Part shown: positions 1 to 6,559 of the stretch, piece by piece
Position numbering within the stretch: the first letter of the stretch is position 1
Layout: every line of letters begins with the position of its first letter
NCBI GenBank assembly: GCA_963806035.1
Contig: CAWDWO010000027.1
Coordinates: forward strand, 1-12,120
Direction of reading: 5' to 3'
Length of the DNA: 12,120 nt
Source: Candidatus Krumholzibacteriota bacterium
GTDB lineage: Bacteria > Krumholzibacteriota > Krumholzibacteriia > JAJRXK01
Position numbers and translations under genes: made by a program
Notes under the pieces: model-generated
Databases searched by the model: none
Seen by the model: the letters and a program-made list of their open reading frames with translations, nothing else
Told to the model about the DNA's origin: nothing

Positions 1-107
1 GAATACGTGCCTCATGCGGCGATCAGACATGACGGTAAGGGCGTTCACGTTTTAGTCTCACACGCTGTCTCCGAGCGAGACATGGATCGATCGTGTATGA
101 GGGATTC

Positions 108-686
108 ATGAACTTACACTTCCCTGCCGCGCTGAAGTTTTGTTGGGGAGTTCTCTTCCTCTACTGGATCGTGAGTGCGAGAGGAGCCAAGAGCCCCATA
201 CGAACAGAGTCTCTGGCACGCCGACTCGTGTTCTACTGGCTACCGCTTGCCGCGGCCGTGTACCTGCTCGGCCCAGGCAGGTGGCTTGGCCATGGCGTCT
301 TGCGCGATCACTTCCTTCCCCACTCGATTTCGGTCGAGTCGATTGGGCTGAGCATCGTCGTGGTGGGTACGTCCGTCGCCTGCTATGCGCGTTACGTGCT
401 CGGTGCGAACTGGAGCAGCGTCGTCGAGCTGAAGTCCGATCACGAGTTGATTCAGCGCGGTCCGTACCGCGTCATTCGTCATCCTATCTATTCCGGACTG
501 CTCTTGATGTTCTTCGGTACCGCAGTGATGATCGGAAACTGGCGTGGGTTTCTGGCGGTCGCCATCGTGTTTGTTTCCTTTTGGCGCAAACTACTGGTCG
601 AGGAGCGCTGGCTGGGCCAACATTTCGGTTCTAAATTTTTCGATTATGCACGGCATACAAAGGCCCTTTTTCCAGGAATTCTCTGA
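108..686 (+). CDS. Isoprenylcysteine carboxyl methyltransferase (ICMT/Ste14/PEMT-like) family membrane protein
   Basis: Several hydrophobic segments plus family motifs LGANWS, HELIQRGPYRVIRHPIYSG, EERWL...FG..F.DY and a C-terminal 'LFPGIL'. Start moved from 93 to ATG 108, which has GAGG at 99-102. Confidence 0.9.
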   Translation: MNLHFPAALKFCWGVLFLYWIVSARGAKSPIRTESLARRLVFYWLPLAAAVYLLGPGRWLGHGVLRDHFLPHSISVESIGLSIVVVGTSVACYARYVLGANWSSVVELKSDHELIQRGPYRVIRHPIYSGLLLMFFGTAVMIGNWRGFLAVAIVFVSFWRKLLVEERWLGQHFGSKFFDYARHTKALFPGIL

Positions 687-743
687 TTCCCCGAATTCTC
701 TGAATCTCCGAATCCACTGATTCCCCAAATCTACTCATTCCCC
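676..743 (+). repeat. Degenerate tandem repeat, 4 x 17 bp
   Basis: GAATTCTCTGATTCCCC (676-692), GAATTCTCTGAATCTCC (693-709), GAATCCACTGATTCCCC (710-726), AAATCTACTCATTCCCC (727-743). The first unit contains the ICMT stop codon. Confidence 0.85.
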
Positions 744-807
744 GAAGACCGCTTGCTGTGAGTCCTCGCTCATACCTCTTTCCCCCGTCTTGAAAGGAAG
801 TCCACTT

Positions 808-1254
808 GTGGGCACAAACACCTTCCGATTCCACCGCGTGCTCCGGTCAACACCGGAGCGCGTCTACCGGGCTTTTCTCGATCCCGATGCCATGTCCAAG
901 TGGCTCCCGCCTCATGGTTTCACAGGCAAGGTTCATCAACTCGACGCCAAGGTCGGTGGGCGCTACAAGATGTCCTTCACGAATTTCACGACCGGTCAGA
1001 GCCATTCGTTTGGCGGGGAGTACCTTGAACTCGTGCCGAATGAACTGATCCGGCATACCGATGAATTCGAGGACCCCAATCTTCCTGGCGTCATTCAAGT
1101 GACCGTGCGGGTGAAGGAAGTCTCCTGCGGGACCGAACTGGAGATCGTGCAAGAGGGCGTTCCGGACATCATTCCGGTCGAGGCGTGCAATCTGGGCTGG
1201 CAAGAATCGCTCGCGCTCTTGGCACAGCTCGTGGAGGCGGAGATTCCCGGCTAG
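808..1254 (+). CDS. SRPBCC / AHSA1-like (START superfamily) protein
   Basis: Typical sequence 'HRVLRSTPERVYRAFLDPDAMSKWLPP...DAKVGGRYKMSF...GEYLELVPNELIRHTDEF...GTEL...GWQESL..LA.LVE'. Likely start is GTG 808, with AAGGAAG at 794-800. Confidence 0.92.
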   Translation: MGTNTFRFHRVLRSTPERVYRAFLDPDAMSKWLPPHGFTGKVHQLDAKVGGRYKMSFTNFTTGQSHSFGGEYLELVPNELIRHTDEFEDPNLPGVIQVTVRVKEVSCGTELEIVQEGVPDIIPVEACNLGWQESLALLAQLVEAEIPG

Positions 1255-1328
1255 GGGCCTCGGAGGAGTTTGAACGGAGGCGAGCCCGCTTCCTTGCACG
1301 GCAGTCCGACGAAAGTCCGATCTCGATC

Positions 1329-1357
1329 TTGACACAAACATATATTTGTATTACTTT
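1329..1357 (+). promoter_or_regulatory. Sigma70-type promoter, TTGACA-17 bp-TACTTT, with an imperfect palindrome in the spacer
   Basis: Perfect -35 TTGACA at 1329-1334, exactly 17 nt of spacer, and -10 TACTTT at 1352-1357, in an AT-rich patch of a GC-rich intergenic region. ACAAACATATATTTGT (1334-1349) is a near-palindrome. Confidence 0.75.
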
Positions 1358-1573
1358 GAGACTGCTTTCTCAGAGGACTCATAGTGCTCCGGCTTCCTGA
1401 ACGTTCCTCTGGGACTTGGGAAGTCAGTGAAGGGACGGGTTATGGCGATTTGGCATGAATGTTCGACGAGGCGGTGGGGCGACTTCCCGTCCCAATCGCA
1501 CCGTTTCGGGTCCCGTGCTGAGAGTCGCTGTGGTGCAGGTACGGAAGGTCAAAACTCGGACTTGGCCAAGCCG

Positions 1574-1782
1574 ACTCCGAATGTCGAGACACTTTTGGCG
1601 GGGCGCGACCAACTCCGAACGTCGAGACACGGGGAGTCTTCGGGCGCGACTCCGAACGTCGAGACGCTTTGGAACAGGTACGGACCAACTCCGAACCGTG
1701 AACCACTCGGGAGAAGGCAAGTTGAACTCCGAAGGTCGAGACACTCTCGGTGAGTCTCAACCAACTCCGAATGTCGAGACAC
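1574..1782 (+). repeat. Regularly interspaced direct-repeat array: six 19-bp repeats (ACTCCGAANGTCGAGACAC) with 18-20-bp variable spacers; CRISPR-like layout but no cas genes
   Basis: Repeat starts at 1574, 1612, 1649, 1688 (3' half degenerate), 1726 and 1764, giving periods 38, 37, 39, 38, 38. Spacers: TTTTGGCGGGGCGCGACCA, GGGGAGTCTTCGGGCGCG, TTTGGAACAGGTACGGACCA, TCGGGAGAAGGCAAGTTGA, TCTCGGTGAGTCTCAACCA. Confidence 0.92.
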
Positions 1783-2023
1783 TTCCCGGAAAGGGGTGAT
1801 CGTTCGAGACCGTAATGCGAAACGCGCGAGGCCGCGCTGTTCGGCCCTCCGGACAGAGGGCAGGGCGAAGAGAGGCCGGGCGAGTAAAATCATTCCAGAA
1901 TGCGGGGAATGGACGTCTGTTCTCGCCAGTGAGCGTTGGCACGAAGCCTGCGCTGGATGGTTCGGTGAGTGCACCGGAAGTCCTTCCTCATTTCGATCGC
2001 TTTCCGGAACTCGGAGATCGACC

Positions 2024-2871
2024 TTGGATCAACAGCATGGTCTGTCTGCCCGTCTGCACCTCGAGCCACGCGCTCCGCACATGGCCGCCGCCCTCTTCCT
2101 CCTGGTCACTCTTCTCGCCCCCCTCTTGAATGGGTGCGGCGATGAGATGCCCCTAGATTTTGCGGGACCAGCGGACGAGAGTTCATCGCGTGATGCTCCG
2201 CGATCCCTCGTCCCCCAGGCGGGACGGATGCACAATCTCATTCTGGAGAAGACACTCGCCGCGCTTCCGGAGCTCGCCACGAAAGCACCTGGGAACGTGT
2301 CCCGCGCCGAGCTGAGAGAGGCTTTTCGTGACGCGGCCCGGCAGGCCTTCCGCAATCAGCCCAACGAGCAACTCGAGGTGCTTCTCGACGACGCGCACCT
2401 CGATCTGATCGAGGCCAGATTTTATCAACTGAAGTCCCTGCTCACGCGCAGCGAGCCTCCGAGCAGCGAAGAGTTGCAGACGCTTTTTCGTTCCTGGGGG
2501 GTCGACGGAGAGAATGCAGGTCGTGCCGCCTCCTTGCGCTGCTGGCTTCTGCTGCCGGCGGGGCGAAGAGTGCGGCGGAAACGAGTACTCCCAGTGCTTC
2601 GAAGCAGATGGGCCTGCGCGAGCTGGGCCATTCCTCGCCCACTCTCGCCATGATCTACGAGGTCTATCAGGCCAGCACGCGCTTCTGGCAGGGCGTCGCG
2701 GAAGAAGATACCCTCCAGAGGGAGGGCTCCTTCAAGGAGGAGAAATGGGAGATCTGTCTGACCATCGTCATGGACGCTGAGGGTGCCCTGGGGGGACTTC
2801 TCTTCGGGCCCATCGGGAGCATACTGGCCTCTGCCGCCTACAGCGTTCTGTGGGCTGCCACCGAGCCCTGA
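2024..2871 (+). pseudogene. Frameshifted putative lipoprotein with a C-terminal hydrophobic glycine-zipper-like tail (real pseudogene or assembly indels)
   Basis: TTG 2024 has GGAG at 2013-2016; ATG 2081 is the alternative start. Signal peptide AAALFLLVTLLAPLLNG-C has its lipobox Cys at 2135-2137, followed by 'GRMHNLIL' and helical sequence to about 2525. The protein-like continuation (YQASTRFW...DAEGALGGLLFGPIGSILASAAYSV) is in another frame, open 2332-2871. Confidence 0.65.
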
Positions 2872-2921
2872 ATCGCCGCCAGCCTTTGAAGATCCTCCGT
2901 CACGAAGAAAGGAGTCGAGTC

Positions 2922-3176
2922 GTGCAGCCCATTTTCATCATCCTTGCGGCCAATGGCCTCAATCTCATCCTCGCCCTCGCTCTGCGCAGGTGGTGGCCCG
3001 CGCTCTACTGCCGCTCTCTGGGATTGGCCCTGATTCTCATCACCCTCCCCATCGCTTTCGCGGTCTTTTCCACCTACCCCTGGCGCATGACACTGCCGCT
3101 CGTGACTCTGGGGATACTGTTGTGGATCTACGATCCCCTGCGAAACCTGCGGCCGCACTTCAACAGGCCCCGCTAG
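2922..3176 (+). CDS. Small hypothetical membrane protein (84 aa, about 3 TM helices)
   Basis: AAGGAG at 2909-2914 lies 7 nt before GTG 2922. There are three hydrophobic stretches (IFIILAANGLNLILALAL; LGLALILITLPIAFAVF; LPLVTLGILLWIY) and an Arg-rich tail. Confidence 0.7.
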   Translation: MQPIFIILAANGLNLILALALRRWWPALYCRSLGLALILITLPIAFAVFSTYPWRMTLPLVTLGILLWIYDPLRNLRPHFNRPR

Positions 3177-3243
3177 CGGGTCAAGGGATGAGAGCGAGGG
3201 AAGCGATGGCGGAGGGCCGACGCCGTCACACGGACCCGAGCGA

Positions 3244-3867
3244 TCATTCCCTTCCGAAGCGGCTCTTGAAGGTGCCCCAGTGCGACTCTCCCACCGGCAC
3301 CCGGCCGTCCAGAAAGAGCGTGGACAGCGCGGGATTCAGACTGAGGGTCTTTTGAACCCCGGGCTCATCGCAGCTCTCGTAGTAGAGTTCAGTGATGACG
3401 GTCCCGGCAATCGTGGGACACAAAAAATTCTCCAAGCTGAGAGAGGGATCGCCACCCACGGACTGTAGCTGATAGTGAATGAGCGGAACGATCTCTCCCG
3501 CTGCCGCGGGACATCCCGACTCGCCCGCGACCGCGCGCGAACAAGCGTCGGCGAGCTCTTGCTTGACGAAAGCACCGCCGGCGGGCGGCGCATTGCCCAA
3601 GATGAAGACCACGGCTGGATCTGAGAACTTCGGTTCGACAAGATCGTAGGAGAGAATTCCCCCTTCGGGTATATGAGCAACGAGATAGGCGTCGAAAGTC
3701 GTGGCGTTGGGAACGAGTTGGGATCGCACGGTTCCCGCCGCATCGAAGTACAGCCCCATCTCTCCGACCAATGGTGAGCCAACGTCGGCCCTACTCACAG
3801 AGCTTGCCGCCACAAGAATGGTTGCCGTCATGAGACCGAGGAACATGAAACGATGACTGTTTCGCAT
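3244..3867 (-). CDS. Secreted hypothetical protein (207 aa) with C-terminal 'VPVGESHWGTFKSRF' motif
   Basis: GGAGGT at 3880-3875 lies 7 nt before ATG 3867. Sec-type signal peptide MRNSHRFMFLGLMTATILVAASSVSRA, then 'GLYFD' near the mature N-terminus and four Cys. Confidence 0.8.
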   Translation of the reverse strand: MRNSHRFMFLGLMTATILVAASSVSRADVGSPLVGEMGLYFDAAGTVRSQLVPNATTFDAYLVAHIPEGGILSYDLVEPKFSDPAVVFILGNAPPAGGAFVKQELADACSRAVAGESGCPAAAGEIVPLIHYQLQSVGGDPSLSLENFLCPTIAGTVITELYYESCDEPGVQKTLSLNPALSTLFLDGRVPVGESHWGTFKSRFGRE

Positions 3868-3915
3868 CGTGATCACCTCCGGCTTAGTCTACCCTCCGAA
3901 AGTAGACTCTCTCAG

Positions 3916-3945
3916 AGGATAAACACTTTCGTGATCGCTATTCAA
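3916..3945 (-). promoter_or_regulatory. Candidate sigma70 promoter TTGAAT-18 bp-TATCCT for the gene starting at 3867
   Basis: Minus-strand TTGAAT (3945-3940) and TATCCT (3921-3916) in the intergenic gap, about 50 nt upstream of the start codon. Confidence 0.45.
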
Positions 3946-3992
3946 GTCAGCGCGACAATCGGTCTCAAACGGCCTCTTTCTGCTCGTTTCGC

Positions 3993-6293
3993 TCAACGCA
4001 CCAGAGTCATCCGCTGCGCCTGACTCTTGCCCCCAACGCTCAACCTTCCGATGTAGACACCGGATGCGACTCCTGTGTGCGCATCATCACGCCCATCCCA
4101 GCGGCGTGAATACTGACCCGCCGGCAGCGTTTCATCGACGAGTGTCCTGACCTTCCTTCCGCGCAAATCGAAGATTTGCAGCTGAACGCGACTCGCCTGC
4201 GACAGGTCGAAGCGAAGCACCGTGGCGGGATTGAAGGGATTGGGCGCATTGGGATAGAGCACCGCCAAAGGTCCGGGCCTGGACACCGGTTGCGTGGCCG
4301 TCGGCGTCGAGAAGATCTCCGACTTGATCCACGCGGCATTCTCACTGGTCACCATGACGTGTTCCTGATTCTCGACGGGAAAATACACCGCGTCGAAGGG
4401 ACTCATGCCCGCGAGATCGCTCGCACCTGCCTCGTCGAAGAACAGATCGTTCGTCGCGAGATCCAGAGAGCTGATGGTGGGAATGAAGCAATGGCTCGGA
4501 TACAGCGCGACGATGTCCCCATACGGGGCCTCTGTCGAATCAGCCTGAGCCATGGACGCACGCGAACCGCCCGGCGCATTGTCGTAGGGATCGGTCCCGC
4601 TGACAGTGACGTCTTCGGTATCCGAGGGCAAGAGGATGATGTTCACCTTACCCTGGAAAATCCTCTGGCTGGCGCCATCACTCACCGCCCATACGTTGCC
4701 GGTGATGTCCACCAGGAAACTGCTGTACTCCCACTGCATGATCTGCGCGGCCGGAGCGAAGCCCTGATTCTGCTGGGTTCCACTCCCGTTCGCGATCGCC
4801 ACCAGTCGAGGCTCACTGGGATAATCGCCGAGCGCGGCGAGCTCCGCCGTGAAGGCGGTACGCATGGTGTCCTGTGAGGCAGTCGAGGAGGGCGGCGTCG
4901 AATGGTGGTAGACGAGCATCTGCCGCGCGGCCGGTCGATCCAAGCGACTCAAAAGAAACTCGGCGTCCGCGCTGTCTCCGCTGAAGAAATCGAGCCAGTA
5001 TTGCAAGCCCAGAGGAATGTTGGCCCCGCGCTGCGGTGCATCGAAGGAAATGAAGGTGCTCACCCGGTGAGACAGGCCGTTGTGCTCCATGTAAGTGAGA
5101 GCATAGCGTCCGCAAAGTCCGCCCATGCTCGCTCCTGCCAAAGTGAAATGAGCCAGAGGATCGATGCTCTGCTGCACCTCCTGAAGGAGCTCTACCACCA
5201 GGTACGAGTTGCGCTGGAGGTAGTCGGTGGCATCGTCGAAATTGAGAACCACGATGTCGTAGCCCGCGCTGCGAATGTCCTCCACCATGTTCTCCGCGTT
5301 CAGGAGCGCGTAGAGCTCGTCCCAATACAGGCTGTTGTCCAGATCGAAGCCCTCGATGAATACCAGGGGCTGCACCAGATGATCGTGGCCGGGAGCGTAG
5401 TAGAGATAAGCCTCCCCGGTGGCCGCAACTCCCTGGTAGCTGATCCCAGCCGTGAGCTGCAGCGTATCATCGGGAGCTGGAGTCGCCAGCGCCGCTACCT
5501 CGAACTGAAACGCGGACTCGTGCACGGCGCCATCGGATGCCACCGCGCGCAGGCGGAGTACCTTCGTTCCCGGCGCCTCATAGTGCGCATCCAAGGCGAG
5601 GTCCAGATTCAATTCGTGAAAGCCGGTTCCGTCGTCCGTATCCAAATAGTAACGAGACTTGGGCGCGTTCAGATTGCTGAAGATGGACTCGCGGCTCAAC
5701 TCGAAGCGGAGACGATAGCCCTCGTAGCTTCTCTCCCGCAGTGCGGTGGCCGTAAAGACGCGAGACTGCCGAAGGGCGCGGGAATCCAGATGGATCCGCC
5801 CCCCGCTGATCCGCGCGCTGCCGTCCTGGAGCGCGCTCTCGCGCAGCCGGTCGTAGCGATAGTCCAGGAGCGCGATGCGAATGGTTTGATCGTGGCGTCG
5901 GGCTACTCGCGCGCGAATCTCATTCAGGCTGGGCAGTCCTTGCTTCTCGCTGGCGGCCTGGCGGATTTCATGATAGGCCTGCTGCCAACGCGCGAGCGAA
6001 CTCACCGGCGCCGACGCTGTGCCGTCCAGCTCCCCGAGTCGCGAAAGCGGTAGAACCCGGTCGTAGAGCACTCCACTGGGTGCGCTCCGGGCCGGCACAT
6101 CTTTGAAGAACTCGCTGAGTGCCGCCCGCGGCCCCCCGGCCCAGGCGCTCAGCTGCAGAAACGGTACAGACAGCGCTCCCAAAAGGAGCGCGCACGCAAG
6201 AACCAACCGTAGCGCCGACCCCGTAGAATGCCTCGTGGCCGGGCGGCTCGAATCCCTGGAAAAGCACTGAAGACGACGCAGAGTGAAGCGCAT
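3993..6293 (-). CDS. Secreted alpha/beta-hydrolase (lipase/esterase-like) with C-terminal FlgD-Ig / T9SS type A sorting domain
   Basis: GGAGG at 6304-6300 precedes ATG 6293. Hydrophobic signal segment ends AWA. Motifs include oxyanion-region FIEGFD, nucleophile elbow GASMGG (5135-5118), 'DAPQRGANIP' and candidate catalytic His in 'NQEHV'. C-terminal domain 'PNAPNPFNPAT.LRFDL...IFDLRGRKVRTL...WDGRD....VASGVY...QRMTLVR' spans about 4259-3996. Confidence 0.88.
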   Translation of the reverse strand: MRFTLRRLQCFSRDSSRPATRHSTGSALRLVLACALLLGALSVPFLQLSAWAGGPRAALSEFFKDVPARSAPSGVLYDRVLPLSRLGELDGTASAPVSSLARWQQAYHEIRQAASEKQGLPSLNEIRARVARRHDQTIRIALLDYRYDRLRESALQDGSARISGGRIHLDSRALRQSRVFTATALRERSYEGYRLRFELSRESIFSNLNAPKSRYYLDTDDGTGFHELNLDLALDAHYEAPGTKVLRLRAVASDGAVHESAFQFEVAALATPAPDDTLQLTAGISYQGVAATGEAYLYYAPGHDHLVQPLVFIEGFDLDNSLYWDELYALLNAENMVEDIRSAGYDIVVLNFDDATDYLQRNSYLVVELLQEVQQSIDPLAHFTLAGASMGGLCGRYALTYMEHNGLSHRVSTFISFDAPQRGANIPLGLQYWLDFFSGDSADAEFLLSRLDRPAARQMLVYHHSTPPSSTASQDTMRTAFTAELAALGDYPSEPRLVAIANGSGTQQNQGFAPAAQIMQWEYSSFLVDITGNVWAVSDGASQRIFQGKVNIILLPSDTEDVTVSGTDPYDNAPGGSRASMAQADSTEAPYGDIVALYPSHCFIPTISSLDLATNDLFFDEAGASDLAGMSPFDAVYFPVENQEHVMVTSENAAWIKSEIFSTPTATQPVSRPGPLAVLYPNAPNPFNPATVLRFDLSQASRVQLQIFDLRGRKVRTLVDETLPAGQYSRRWDGRDDAHTGVASGVYIGRLSVGGKSQAQRMTLVR

Positions 6294-6559
6294 ACTCGAC
6301 CTCCGGGGAAAAGGGGGCGGCCCGGGCGTGGCCAAGACAAGAGTGTAACGGATTTGCACGGCTCGCGGGGCCACGGAATTGCCGCCAGAGGAGCCTCACT
6401 TGACTCTCAACTTCCCCGGGCGTTTGACCACTGGCGCCAAGCGGGCGCTGGCGCCCAGTGCGAGCTTCGTCTTAACTGTGGGCCTCGGCCGCCGCAAGGA
6501 GCTGCGCCTTTGGGCCGCGAAAGCTTTCCCTTCTCTCCCCTCGAACTCGGCAGGACTCC

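Noticed and set aside
66..82. TGTCTC-cgagc-GAGACA hairpin, partly resembling the array repeat; also ACTCCGAA at 11971-11978
   Set aside because: Short isolated partial matches, compatible with chance.
108..1320. Integron cassette interpretation of the ICMT and SRPBCC genes
   Set aside because: No RYYYAAC...GTTRRRY attC structures after either stop codon and no integrase in the window.
1418..1445. GGGAAGTCAGTGAA resembling the start of a cobalamin riboswitch core
   Set aside because: The complementary strand, the CCCGCNACTGT segment and the B12 box are not present downstream.
1574..1782. Calling the array a bona fide CRISPR
   Set aside because: Repeat and spacers are shorter than canonical, spacers are partly related, there is no typical terminal GAAAC/GAAAG, and no cas gene is in the window. 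Kept as an unexplained array.
1424..1974. ORFs over the array (1427..1753, 1455..1799, 1424..1744, 1440..1760, 1549..1974) with recurring PTPNVETL / VSTFGV peptides
   Set aside because: The peptides hop between frames because the DNA period is mostly not a multiple of 3, and the rest is not protein-like. These are by-products of a non-coding repeat.
1796..2023. 5' extension of ORF 1796..2653
   Set aside because: It is Arg/Ser/Cys-rich and not protein-like, and it would bury the lipoprotein signal peptide. Better starts are 2024 or 2081.
3910..3919. TCTCAGAGGA present at both 1368-1377 and 3910-3919
   Set aside because: A single 10-bp match in opposite orientation relative to the respective promoters, likely coincidental.
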